Assembly (NCBI GenBank): GCA_977017575.1
Contig: CDRNVI010000156.1
Location: forward strand, 124,001 to 188,000
DNA from: Paramoeba atlantica
Lineage: Eukaryota; Protista; Discosea
Length of the DNA stretch: 64,000 nt
Reading direction: 5' to 3'
Shown: one piece after another, positions 25,401-38,553 of the stretch
How the letters are laid out: each line of letters opens with the position of its first letter
Position numbering within the stretch: position 1 is the stretch's first letter
The notes under the pieces: generated by a model
The model's input: the letters and a program-made list of their open reading frames with translations, nothing else
What the model was told of the DNA's origin: nothing
Databases searched by the model: none
Made by a program: the position numbers and the translations under genes

Positions 25401-26355
25401 TTAATCATTTTTCTCTTTTGATTTGGTCATTTCTCTGTAAGAAAGTCATCTTGAGGAACCTGTAAAAGAAATGACAACGACCCCACGATCAACAGCATTT
25501 CGCACAGATTTCCAACACTCATCACAAGGAACATTCCCAAATCCCCCATCTGCGGCAGTGAAAGTTTGAAGAAAGATGTCAGGAGAATCCAAATACAAAA
25601 ATTTCAAATCAAGAGCATTCGCAGATCCAAGACCAACAATCGAATAAGATGCTCCATGAGCCACTCCTCTTGTACAAGCACCATTAAAGGCGGTTCCAAC
25701 AGCAGTCCCAATGACAGATGTTGCTACTTGGGAAGGATTCTGGACAGAAACCTGGGAAAGATATTTTGGTTTTTCTTCCTCCATTGGAAAGAAGGAAAAG
25801 ATGAGACTAACCTCTGGATTCAGGTGACCAATAAGATCTTGATGATCAGGATTTGGACCAACGAAACTGATTCCGATTCGAGTTCCTATGATTATGTTTG
25901 TGAATCTTTTGCCAAAGTTTTGAGATTCAGTTCTATAGCAAGCAATTTTTCTTTTGACAAAATTAAGATTTGAAAAGGGAAACCTTCTCCAGTAAATCCC
26001 ATCTCCCAGACCCGTTCCACATTGATATGTCCTTGTTCCCGAAAGTTCAGAAAGAAACGAAAAAATCAAGAAAAAGGGAATCAAGAAACAAGAAAAAGAA
26101 AAACTGACCATCAAGTTTGGCATATGGGTCAGTCGACTCCTCATAAGCAATGGAATGGAGATGCCAAGAAGAAGGAAAGAGGGGATCAAGATCATCAAAC
26201 TTTGGGTGCTCCTCTTCCCATTCGGGTTCATCTCCCCACGAAATCCCTCGAGTAGGATGAACAGGAGAGTCTTGCCAAGAAAACTCAACAAAACTTGCTG
26301 AAGGGATAAGGAGGGTAACCACCAAAGAAACCCAAAGAGAGAATGAGAGTTTCAT
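22490..26355 (-). CDS. Kexin/furin-like pseudoprotease K4 (3 CCVY modules)
   Basis: MKLSFSLW...VEFSW leader; [10 protein letters not shown]; [12 protein letters not shown] (D>F); [18 protein letters not shown] (H>V); [16 protein letters not shown] (S>Q). Insert contains [11 protein letters not shown]. Confidence 0.87.
22640..23270 (-). repeat. Coding (ccaac[a/t/c])n microsatellite-like tracts encoding Pro-Thr linkers (longest example; similar tracts in all ten K genes)
   Basis: Hexamer runs such as ccaactccaacaccaacc here and at 12230-12290, 16160-16320, 20140-20290, 33170-33250, 33630-33790, 42640-42830, 48760-48900 and 49070-49510. Confidence 0.9.
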
Positions 26356-26637
26356 TGGTGAGAAAGAAGGAGGAAAGGAGTCGAAAAGCGACCCAAACGC
26401 ACCAACAAGAAACGAAGTGAAAAAAAAGAGCGAGAAAAAAGGATTTTCTTTACAAAATCGTTGAAATAAGAATGCACGGAAATCCTTAAGTGAAAAAAAA
26501 TATTCAAAACACTGAAAATGAAAGCAAGTTTGATTGGCCAAATGATGAGGTTTTCTCTTTTTTTTTGATTCTCTTTGGGGCCCAATCATTTCTTCAAATT
26601 TTATTCTTGACATCCACTCATACAATACTTTTAATTC

Positions 26638-29600
26638 TTATTTTATTCCTTCACAAAATCTACAATCACTATTGAATTCTACAGATATGAGCCTCCATTC
26701 ACTCAAATCAAGACAATCTGCGTGAGAGAGAAGACATTGAATGGAAGAGTCACGGAAAGAAGAATAGACACAACAGTTTGTTGGCGCAGGAGTTGGGGTA
26801 GCAGGTGGGGCACATATTGATTTACATTCAGGTTCGATTACTTCTGTATGAGATATGAGTCTCCATTTTGGGAGGTTGGGGCAATCAGAAGTTTCAAGAA
26901 CCACACATTGATTGACAGATGGGTCATTGGGAAAAGAATAAACACAACAATTGATTTTTTGTTCCACTGGTGCTGGGACTGGAGTTGGTGTTGGGGTTGG
27001 TGTGGGGGTCGGTGTTGGAGTTGGAGTTGGAGATGGAGAAAAAAATGGTGTTGGAGTTGGTGTGGGGGTCGGTGTTGGAGTGGGAGAGGGAGGGCTCATA
27101 CGAAATAAATAAATTGTGAATACCAAATCTCGTACTCTTCCCATGTCTTGAGCAACCTGATCTTCAATTCGAAATTCCCAAGTTCCTTAGAATTTAAAAA
27201 TAATAATTTTAATTCAAAAGTTCAAATGTATTTTTGATTGAAATGAAGGGGAGAAACATGAAAACCTGTTGGATTTTCATTCCAATATTTTGTTGACGAA
27301 AATCTCCAATCTTCCAATGAAAGATTATCAATTTTTTCAACACCAGGAAGAATTTTGATGGTAGAATTTTCCACAGAAGAGTCAATTTCTCTAAATTGGA
27401 TTTCAAAAAATAAATCAAAAGGAATTTGGAAAAAAGACCAAAAGAAGGGAATTCCACTAAACTGAAAATCATTTGCAGGAACACCAAAAATAGCTCCACC
27501 ATCTCGCTCTGAGATTCCATTCCAAATGCTCTTCGATCCCTCTAAAAATATTTGTTGATCAGCAAAAAATACTAAGTGAACACGCGTAAACTGCGGGGGG
27601 TGTGAAAAGAGAAAATGAGGACCAACAAACACAACAGTTGGCAGAAAAATACGAGGATGATCATAAATATTCTCTAATTCTGTCTCAGCCGAACATTTCT
27701 CATGCATTTTTAAGAGGAGAATGTGTGTCGTTCCAGAAATTGCTTTTCTGTTTGTTTTAGTTAGTCCAAGCAGTAAGCACACGCCATGAAAAAAAGAAAA
27801 GAACCCAGAATCAGTTATGAAGGAACATTTCTGTGGATTGCAACAAATACCAAGTTTCTTGGGTCTTAGAAAAACTACCTCTTCACCTCCTTTCCATAAC
27901 TTGGCCTCTATTGATTTGAAAAATTTGAGATTGAAAAATTAATGAAGAAAAATGATAAATATATCAAAACTGGCATTAATTGGTTCAACTGGGAAGGAGA
28001 ATAATGTTTTAGATCTGTTAATCACATTCCCGACTAACTGTGAATTTTCAAGGTATAAGAAGAAGAGAAAAGGAGACACAAAGAAGAGAGACAAAAAACA
28101 TCGTTTGTCAGTGTTTGTCTCATTTTTGTGAAGACACTTCTCGTCCCAGCCGGAGAAACCAAAGATATTTCTAAATCAGCCGGTGATGAATGCACAATAT
28201 CAGCATGTACAGTTACCTAAAACTATTCTGTGAATCTGATTTCCTCTTAATTTTCCAACGGGTACACACAGAAAATGAAATGTGAATGCAAACCCAATCA
28301 ATCGAATACGGTGAAGTAAACGAAGTTTTAATCGCCAATGTTCCTTTATCAGGAATTAAAGGGCCAGTCCGGATTCGATTCACTAATGGCTAAAAGGGAT
28401 TCTTTAATTTTACAAACAAACAATGAATGATTAATAAAAACTTTTGACCGTCATTTTTGTGATGCCAGGAAAGGTGGATGCCCTTCGAACAGCCTTCCCA
28501 GCATCAATATAACCAAACCCAATTTGATCATGATACATCAATCCAGCCCCATTCTGTTCTCCGATAATTTGTGATGAAGGAAAAGTTGAAGTTTCCACAA
28601 GAATATGGGAGATATCTTGAGAAGAGAGATGACGGGGACGACTAGCTTCGAGCATTAGAGCAACAACTCCAGCTTGAAAAAGGGAGGAAATTTTAAGATA
28701 GAAAAGAGAAAACTGAACAAAAGGGAGGATAAAAAAAACCTGTAGTTGCTGCAGCCACTGAACCACTAATTTGATTTGAACAAATTGAATTGTGAAAATA
28801 AGCAACAGGTATTCCAAGAAACTTATCTCCCCCAGGCGCAGACACAAGCTAACAGAAAATAGAAATTAATTTTGAACTCATACGACAAAAAACATGAAAT
28901 ATCTCTTACGATGCTTGAACATGGTTCAGAGTAAGAAGAAGGGTGATAATGAGCAGTATGAGACCCGACATTGACCACAAAAGGTGGATTTGCGGACATA
29001 TCATAATTGCAATTGTCACTCTCACCACCATTTCCTGGCAAAAGAAATGAGTAAAAACAGAAAAAGTAAAAGAAAAAAGAGGAAAATAACCATTATAGCC
29101 AATGATAATTTTCCCTTCATCGACAGCATCTAAGACATTATCCCAACATTTCTCACCTATCCCAAAACAAGTTTTTAGAGCTTTCTAAATTCCAGCAAAC
29201 CGAAGAAAAAGAACTTACATAGAAATTGGGTTGATGAATTATCACTTCCTATGAAATCTCGAACGTAGAGATCAACTGGAATATTACTCTCTAGAAAAGA
29301 AAGATCCTTTATTCCCTATTCTCATTGTTCAATACTCTTCACTTTCCTTTGGAGGAGGAAAAAAGAAAAAAAATTACTTACCTCTTCGGAGCTGACCATG
29401 GAATAAAGGGCATCATAGGCCGTACCTCGAGTGCAAACATCATTGAAAGCAGCCCCAACAGCTAAAGCAACAATCGATGTTTTCATTGGATCAGAATCTC
29501 GTCGTGAGATTGGTAGGGACTATTCACATTCGTTTTCAATTTTTAAGCATCTCAAAATCATTTTCAAAATTTTTGCTTTTGAAAATGATTGTTCAACAAT

Positions 29601-30035
29601 GTTGGTGAGTTGAGAAAAAAGAGAGAAACCTGAGAGTTGAGTTTTCCTTTCAAGTCTGCGTGAGCGTAAGGAGGTGCGCCCGTAAACCCCACTGTCATTC
29701 CTTTGAAAAGGGCAGGAATCAGAAAGAAGAAAGAAGAAAGAGAAAGAGAAAGAAGAAAGAGAAAGAAGAAAAAGAAAGAGAAAGAAGAAGGAGAAACAAA
29801 AGAAAACCTTTTCCGGTGTATCCAAGATTCCATGCTTCCTCAATATTGATGTGGCCTTTCGAGAGGGGAGTGAGAAAAGAAATTATTTGAATCAGAAAAA
29901 AAAAGAACTGAAGAAACCTTCTTGGATTTCCGTGGTTGGTCTGAGATTCCAAGATTGGGGGTAATCTGGGTCGCTCTTCTCAGAGAAACAACACCCAAAA
30001 AGAGAAAGAAAAACGAAAAGGGTAACGACTCTCAT
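26638..30035 (-). CDS. Kexin/furin-like pseudoprotease K5 (2 CCVY modules; Ser at the nucleophile position but no Asp or His)
   Basis: MRVVTLFVF signal; [10 protein letters not shown]; [11 protein letters not shown] (no D); [18 protein letters not shown] (H>M); [16 protein letters not shown]. Confidence 0.85.
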
Positions 30036-30329
30036 TCAAACATCAGAGAGAGAAAAAGAAAAAAGAAAAAAAGAGACAAAAAAAGTTGCTGGAAAAAGAA
30101 GTAAAAAAAGACGCCACGCGGAGAAAAAGAGATCACTTACAAAAATCCTAAAAGAAGCTGATCAGATATTGGTAATTACTGATTCTTTCGCTGAAAAAAC
30201 CCTTTCGCGTCTTTTTTGTGTGGTCGGGCGTTTTTTGCGTTTCTCTCTCACACAACTCTCAATCTCGCAAAACTATCCCTCTGTCCTCCATTTCTTTTTT
30301 CTTTTTTTCTTTTGAATGGTAGAAAGAGA

Positions 30330-33300
30330 ATGAGACTTTCCTTTTTTTTCTTCTTTTTTTGGTTGTGCCAAAGATGCTCGCTTGAAGGTCCCGATCCAGA
30401 TTATTCTCGATCGTGGAATCTCCACCCAACACCAGAGGTTCAAAAAGGTATTCTTCCTCTCTTTCTCCTTCCCTTTTCGCAAGGAAAACAGTCTGACATT
30501 GTTTTGAAAGGTCATCTTAATGTGCAAGAAGCATGGAATCACAGTTACACAGGAAAAGGTTTCTCTTTCTTTCTCCCCATCCCTCTTTTTGTTCTTTTTT
30601 TTTATTGTTTGTTCCCTCTTCGAAGGAGTAACGATTGGGTTTATTGGAGAGGGCCCTTTTCCAACCCACTTAGATCTTGAAGGAAAATTGAGTCCTGAGG
30701 TTCATTTATTTGTTTTTAAGAGGAAGAAACAATCCTTAAATAATCTGTGTCCCTTCACAGTCTTTGCGGATCTTGTCACAAGATCAGAGTTCACGCAAAA
30801 CATCCGTTGTTTCTGTGGCTGTGGGAAAAGCATTTAATAACGTTTGTAGTCGAGGTGTCGCTTATGATGCTCTTTACTCTCTCGTTTCGAAACAAAAGGT
30901 AAAACGGATCTCTCAAATTGTGAACGAATTCACGAAAATAAGGCTGATCTGAAAAACAGGAAGTAGATGAGTACTCTTTTCTGGAAAGTGCAGTCCCTGT
31001 TGATATATATGTTCGAGATTTTGTTGGAACTGATAATCCAAAAAAGCAAATCTCATGTAATTTATTTTTAAATTTCTCAAATTTTGAATTTTTGAGAATA
31101 ATATTTTCTTTCTTTTTGATTAGGTACGGAGTGTTGGGAGAATGTGCTGAATGCAGTTGGCGAAAACAAAATTATTATTGGATTTAGTGGTTTGTTATGT
31201 TTGGGAACTTTCTTTCTTTTCAACTCTCCTTCTCACTTGAAATTTATTCACAGGAAATGGAGGAAAGGATGATAATTGTAATTACGATATGTACTCCAAT
31301 CCTCCCTTTTTGATCAATGTAGGTTCTCACACTGCTGGCTATGTTCCATCTTCCTTTTCTGAAACCTGTTCGAGTCTGGTATGCAAAATTTCTTTGGGTG
31401 ATTTTTTTTTTGTTCTTATTTCTCCGAATTAGCTTGTGTCTGCCCCAGGAGGAGATGAAGAACTCGGAATACCTGTCTCTTATTTTAAAGATTCAATCTG
31501 TACCAATCAATTTGGTGGCGCAACAGCTGCGGCACATACAGGTCAGTGTTGTAAAGTTGTTTTTTTTTCAGAGTTTTTTTTCATCTAATTGAATTTCTGA
31601 ATAGCTGGAGTTGTTGCCTTAATGTTAGAAGCGAGTCATGGGAGTCTTACTCACCGTGATGTGGCTCATCTTCTTGTGGAGACTGCCAATTTTCCTTCTG
31701 GGTTCGAAGGTCAACGCAATGGAGGCGGATTGACTTATCATGATCGGCTTGGATTTGGGTATATCGATGCTGGAGCCGCTGCAAAGAAGGCTGCTTCGTT
31801 TCCTCCATACTTGTATTACCCGGTCAGAATTTGCTTGTCCCACCAAATTTGTCTGCAATATTTGCACCTTTTTTGACTTGAATTTCTTCCTTTTAGCCCC
31901 TCTTTAAGCATATTAGGTATGGAGGTCCGATTACTGAAGATGATATTCTGACAATGGAAATCGACTTTGAATCTGACTATTTAGTTGACTGGGTATGAAT
32001 TAAAAATGATCTTGCCTTTTTAAGAGCTGCTTAATTTTAGTTTTGACTCATGATGATTTTTAGGTGACTGTGGAAACCGATATCACCCACAGATCACCAG
32101 GAGATTTAGAAATCTCTTTGATTTCTCCTTCTGGAACTCGAAGTGTCTTCGCAAATATGAGACAAAGAATCACAGATAATGTTGAATCAATTTTCTTTCT
32201 CCTTGATCATTGAATAATTATCTAATATTTTTGCAGTTTGAAGCCAAAATTAGTGCGGGTTTTCAAAACACATACTCCACGGGAGTCTTTCCCTTGAGTC
32301 CAGGTTTTTACTCTTTGGGGATGGGAGGGGGATCTTAGGTCTTTCAAATTTATTTAATTTTCATTTTGAATAGAGGCTGAATTATGGGAAGGAGGAAAGG
32401 GTGTTGTGTTCCTGCTCCCCAAAAAAGAAGGAGCATGTTGTAGCGTTGCAAGATGTAAATTTCGAACAGAATCAGGGTTTTCTTTTTGTTTTTTACTTAG
32501 TAATTTTCAAATTGTGTATTAATTTTTCATCGACTCCAAAAGAGAGGTGATTCAAGGGACAACGTATATTTTGTTACTTGCAGCTCAAGAGATTTGTTCA
32601 CCTGAGATTGAAATTTCAGTTATTTTTGATCATACTCGTGTCTTTTTCCCAGATGTTGTGTTTGTTGGTTCTCAATTTTTCTCTCTCTTTTCTCCCTTTT
32701 TTTTGTTTGCTGACCTTCGGGGGAAAGAGGGGGATAAGGGCGTTTGGTCAAAGATTCCTGAAAGGAGTGATGTTCTAATATATGGAGTTTTTGCGAGCGA
32801 TTTTCGGTTTTTCTTTCTTTCTTTGGTGTGAGATGAGACGAAAAAAAAAGTTCTAATTCTTTTGATTGAAGGAAAATTGACGCAAGCCAGGAAAATGCTG
32901 ATATTAAAGTTCAGACACTCATTGAGAAAGTTCCTGATCTTTCATTTGAAGACTGGAGATTTTCATCAACACAATTTTGGAATGAAAATCCAACAGGTTT
33001 TCATTTTTCTTTCTTTTTTTCTTTCTTTAATTGAGAACCCAAAAAAATCTCAAGTCGCCATTTTTATCAACATAGGAACTTGGGTATTGAGAATTGAAGA
33101 TCAAGTCAAAGGAGATGATGGAAGACTTAGGGACTTGAAAATGACTATTAATCTTTTTGGGACCACCCCACCAACTCCATCACCATCACCATCTCCTCTT
33201 CCCACACCAACCCCAACCCCAACTCCAACACCAACGCCAACACCAACACCGACCCGAAGCAGGTCAATTTGTTGTGTCTATGCTTTTCCCCAGGAAGTTA

Positions 33301-34121
33301 GCATCAAACAGTGTTTGACACTGGAAACAACAACTTGCCCTAATTTGCCAAAATGGAGACTTTATTCTCAAACAATGGAGTATGATAATGAATGTGAAGT
33401 ATATTGTGCTCCCCCTCCTCCTGCACCAACACCTACCCCAACGAGAGCTCCAACACCAGCACCAACCCCAACACCAACTCCTGCACCGATAAATTGTTGT
33501 GTATATTCTGCTATCCATGATTCTTCCCGCATTCAGTGTTTAGAAATTCAAGGAAGTTGTCATAATTTAGTGAATTGGAGATTGATATCTGTCGAATTTT
33601 ACAGCGATTGCCAATTTTGTTATGCTCCTTCCCCATCCCCAACTCCAACACCTCTCCCAATCCCAACCCCAACCCCAACACCCACTCCACTTCCAGTTCC
33701 AACACCAACATCAGTTCCCACCCCAACTCCAACAGTTCTAACCCCAACTCCAGCACCATCACCAACACCAACACCAAACGTTCCAACACCTGTCTCTTTG
33801 AAAAATTGTTGTGTTTATTCCAATCGAATGAACCCAGAACTGAGCCAATGTCGTGCAACAATGTTTGATGAGTGCCAAGAGTACAATGGTTGGAATCTAG
33901 ACCATAAAACGCTCAGACCTGCGTCTGAATGTGTGGAACTCTGCACCACTCTCACTCCAATCAAGATCCAAAACTGTTGTGTTTATTCGAATCAAGTCGT
34001 CCCAAGTTTGAAATTATGCCTTCCGACTGATTCAGATCAATGTGGATTTGTGCCGAATTGGGTTATTGATTATAATACTTATCTTTCAGAAGGGTCATGT
34101 ATGGAATTATGTGAATCATGA
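30330..34121 (+). CDS. Kexin/furin-like pseudoprotease K6 (4 CCVY modules)
   Basis: MRLSFFFFFF signal; DPDYSRSWNL; GVTIGFIGEGP (D>G); RKTSVVSVAVGKAFNNVC (H>R); CTNQFGGATAAAHTAG (S>A). Confidence 0.87.
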
Positions 34122-34360
34122 GGTCTCTTTCACAATTTTGATTGAGAACAAAAAAAAAACATGAAGGAGGGGAAAATAAAAGAAAAAAAAAACGAAATAA
34201 CACACCAAAAAAAATTAAGTCGAAGAAGTTGGATGGGAAACCAACAATTTTCGTTAAGTGTTCATGACGCACATAAATCCCACAATTTCTCTTTTTTTTT
34301 TTGTTTTTGTTTGGGCAACTGCGTTGTGCGTCTTTTTCTCAGCCTCCCCTTCCCCACGCC

Positions 34361-37300
34361 ATGAAACTCTTCTTCATCTGGGGTTTGGTTGCTCTCTTTT
34401 TGCCATCAGCAATTTTTGTTGAGTTTTCTTGGCACGATTCTGGTGAGTTGGGGAGAGAAAAACGTGGAAAGACCGAAGATGATCCTCTTTATTCTTCTTC
34501 TTGGCATTTACATTCTGTCGCTGATATCGCCACGGATCCATTTGCAAAAATTGATGGTCTTTTTGTTTTCCAAGAAATTCATTGAAAAGTTTTCTCACTT
34601 TTTTGAAATAGCTCATGCGAATGTGGAAGGAGCTTGGGGGCTGGGATTTTATGGACAAGGTTTAAAAAAAAAAGATACCTTGTCTTTTTTGGCTTCCCTG
34701 TTTCAAAATCTAACAAAAACAATTAGGAACCCGAATTGGGACAGGATTTCTTGCTCCAAACCCAGACCACGAGGATCTCAAAGGTCACTTCACCCCACAG
34801 GTCTTTTTCTTTTTTTTTTTTTGAAATTGAGGAATAAATAATTAATTTTTTTCCAACAATTTTTTCCTCTTCTAGATACCCCTCGAAGGGACCTCTGATA
34901 TCGCCACTGCGGCTCTTGGAACCATTGTAGCAACAGCTAACAATAATGTCTGTACAAGAGGAGTGGCTTACAAAGCGACTTATTCAGTTGTTGGTCTTGG
35001 ATATGATTTCGCTGTCGATTTGAGATTTTTAGGTCTGGATACTCCAGATGTTTTTCTCCAGCCTTTCACTGCCAAAGACGAGGTTCACACTCCTTGTGCA
35101 AGATGTTGGGATTCTGTCAAAAATGCGACTGATCATGGAGTTGTAGTCGTTTCATATTCAGGTTTGTGTCTGATAAATTTTGAGATGATGTCAAAAAATG
35201 GTACAATATTTAATGAAATGAATGAAAGGGAATGGGGGAAGCCGCGATAATTGTAATTATGATATGTACTCCAATCATCCATTTTCAATTTCTGTTGGGT
35301 CACACATGTTAGGCGGGTTTCCAAGTGACAGTGGAGAATTTTGTGCAAATGCGGTTTTATTTTTCAAAACTTAATTTTTCACTCAAAAACAAAAACATAT
35401 TTATTATTTGGACAGTTGGTTTCTGCTGCTGGAGGATCTGAATTAGTTGGTATTCCTGTTCCAAATGGGAAAGGTCCAACTTGTGCTGTACGAAGTGGCG
35501 GGCAATATGCTGCGGCCATTGTTGGTTTGTTTGCTTCTGCAACGAGTCGTTTTTTTTTTTTACTAACTCTTTGCATCTATGATCTCTTATTAGCTGGTGT
35601 TGTTGCATTAATGAAACAAGCAAGCCCAAGAAAAATGACTCCTCGTGAAATTGCTCACATTCTCGTGGCAACTTCAAAATTTTCAGAGGAGTATGCTGGT
35701 GTGGGTCTCCTTCAGCGAAATGGAGCAGGCCTTCTTTTCGACAAGCAAGTTTTTTATTTCAACATCCCAGAAACTTTTCAACAATTCCATTTTTTGTTCA
35801 TTTTATTTTTTAGCTCGGATTTGGAATGGTTGATGCGACTGCAGCTGTTCAAATGACTGCTTCAGACAGCCTTTCTTATCATTTGCTCCCAAACGAGGTA
35901 TTTTTGATTTTTAACATTTCATTTTGAAAGTGTGGATTGATTTGACAAATTTATTTTAACAAATGGATCAGGTCAAATCTGTTCGTACCTCCATCTCAGA
36001 AGTTATTCCAGATCCTGGAGAACTGACTGTCCCTCTTGTTGTTGAAATTGAAGATTCGGGGACTCACAAGGTCTTGGTGGATTGGGTATGAATTTAAATT
36101 TTGTTCACGTATTAAAAAATGGAAATATTTACTTTTTGGATTAGGTTACATTGGATGTTGATATTGCTCATGACCGAGTAAGTGACTTAGAAATTTCGTT
36201 AATCTCCCCTTCTGGAACACGAAGCCAACTTGCTGCTGTTCGAAGTCAACATGGAGACTCATTTAATCTTGTTTTCAAATTGAGCACCGGAGGGAAACCA
36301 ATGTTTCAAATCGTCCCTCTCACCCAAGGTTTGAATTTGAAAAAAAGAGACTCAATTTTTTTTTTTGTTTTGAAATTAAAATTTGAATTAGCTGGAGATG
36401 AATGGAAAGGGGGGAAAGTGAGATTATTCGCAACATCTCGAACAGGAATATGCTGCCAAGATATCTGTTCTTTTACTCTGGACGAGTATCTACTTTCTTT
36501 TCTTTTGATTTTGGAGAAATGTCTAAATCTTTATTTTCACAAAATTTTTTAAGAAAAACACCTGGAGTGACTGCGGTTTTGTTGTTGGAAAAACAGGGGT
36601 CGTGTACTCAAAAAGAGGAAATTTTTGAAATCCTAAATTCCAAGGGTCAACATATTGTTCCTGATGCTGTCATCTTTGGTCAGAAATCTCTCTTTTCAAA
36701 AACAAACTGGTTTCATTTTTTTAACTTGCAAATTTAGAGGACCACAATGTTTATGAACCATATATGAGAGGAATCCCGACTTTTTCTGTTAGTTCCAGGG
36801 ATTTTCAGTATCTTTGGGGATTACAAGGGACAGTTGAAAATACAGAAGTGGTGAAAGGTGTGTCGAAAATTCCAGATTTATCATTCGAGAATTGGAAATT
36901 TTCAACAACAAATCATTGGAGGGAGCGGGCTAAAGGTTTTTTGTCTCTTTCTCTCAAACATTCTTTGACAATTTCTTTTAAAGGTTGGTTTTATCAATAA
37001 TAGGAACATGGATGTTAGAAATTGACGATTTGGTTCCTGGTGATTCTGGTTCTCTTCGTTCAGCAAAATTGAATCTTCATACTTATTTGGAAGATTCTCC
37101 TCCATCCCCTTCCCCTTCTCCTTTTCCAAGCCCAACTCCAACTCCAACTCCAATTCGAAGTTACTTTCATTGTTGTATGTATTCCTTTGTCGAAGACGCA
37201 TCAATTCAACAATGTATACCACTGAATCAAATCGGTTGCCCTACTCTACCATATTGGGAACTTGGTAGTGAATCTGAGCAATTTGAAGAAGACTGTGAAG

Positions 37301-37935
37301 CGTTATGTGCCCCTCCTTCTCCATCCCCCTCACCAACCCCATCTCCTTCGCCAGTTGCCCTGAAAAATTGTTGTGTTTATGCCCACGTGAGCGCAAGTTC
37401 TTTGAAACAATGTCGACCAAGCAGCTTCGACACTTGTCAAGAATTTACGAGTTGGGTCCTTGATTACAAGACTCTCATTCCTGAAACAACTTGTTTGGAA
37501 ATATGCACTGCAACACCAACTCCTCCTCCAACTCCAACACCAACACCCGTTTCCCCTACACCTGTGAAAAATTGTTGTGTGTATTCTTACGAGAAAAACT
37601 CCGAAGTGAAGCAATGCAGGCCAAAGAGCTATGGTGATTGTCCACCATCGAAAGGTTGGAATTTTGAATTTAATTCATATGTAACAGAACAAGATTGTGT
37701 GGGACTTTGTGAAGCCACGCTAGCAACACCAACTCCTCCCCCCACACCAACACCCACACCTACTCCACTTGCAGCTGAACCACCCAAAAATTGTTGTGTT
37801 TATTTCTATGAGTCCAATTCTGCTGTGAACCAATGCCGACCAACAAATTCGGTTGTTTGTCAAGATTTTGGTGGATGGGTTCTTGATTATAAGACATCTA
37901 TTCCAGAATCAGAGTGTTTGGGTCTCTGTTTTTGA
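34361..37935 (+). CDS. Kexin/furin-like pseudoprotease K7 (4 CCVY modules)
   Basis: MKLFFIWG...VEFSW...REKR..DDPLYSSSWHL; GTRIGTGFLAPN (D>F); IATAALGTIVATANNNVC (H>I); GGQYAAAIVAG (S>Q). Confidence 0.87.
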
Positions 37936-38115
37936 TTGAAAATGAAAGGTGCTCCCTTCTTTTGTGGTTTTGTGTTCGCTTTATTTCTCCTTCAAACCAA
38001 TAAAAATTCAGAATAAAAATTTCTTGAATAAGAGATTGAATCGATTTAAGAATAATGAACTATTACAAGAGTAAGGCGTCAACAAAAATTCATTGAGTTT
38101 CAATTAAATTGAGAC

Positions 38116-38520
38116 TTAGACAAAGTTAGATCCTCCTTGCCCGTTGGGGTGATGACCAGGGCCATGATGAGGACCAGCGTTGTCAGGCCACTCGACATCA
38201 ACGCACAACTCGCCAAGAGCGGTCTCCTTTTGACAAGTTTTGAAATTGGTTCGGCAAGTCTCATCACAGGCATGGAAACATTCCCGAGATTGCACTTCGC
38301 AACCACAGCAGGTCAAAAGAGTATCATGGCAAACATCATGAGCATCTTTGCAAGCTTGTTGCTCCTCAGTGAGGTCATCAGGGCGTTCGTGCTCAGGGCG
38401 TTCGTGTTCAGGGCGTTCTCCATGCTGTTGGTGTTCAGGGCGTTCACCATCAGCGGTGGGAGCCTGGGCTTGAGCAGCCACAAACAAGAGTGCAAAAACA
38501 AACAAAATCAAACGCATCAT
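38116..38520 (-). CDS. Small intronless secreted Cys-rich protein with (H)ERPEH repeats (134 aa), unknown function
   Basis: Signal MMRLILFVFALLFVAAQA; ERPEH-type repeats; Cys-rich core CKDAHDVC...CCGC...C..AC..TC...TC...C; His/Gly/Pro-rich tail; GC-richer third codon positions than its neighbours. Confidence 0.8.
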   Translation of the reverse strand: MMRLILFVFALLFVAAQAQAPTADGERPEHQQHGERPEHERPEHERPDDLTEEQQACKDAHDVCHDTLLTCCGCEVQSRECFHACDETCRTNFKTCQKETALGELCVDVEWPDNAGPHHGPGHHPNGQGGSNFV

Positions 38521-38553
38521 TCTTGAAAGCAACCAAAGGAAATTTGTTTTGTC

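Noticed and set aside
38137-38526. 129-aa + strand ORF
   Set aside because: Antisense shadow of the signal-peptide-bearing gene on the minus strand.
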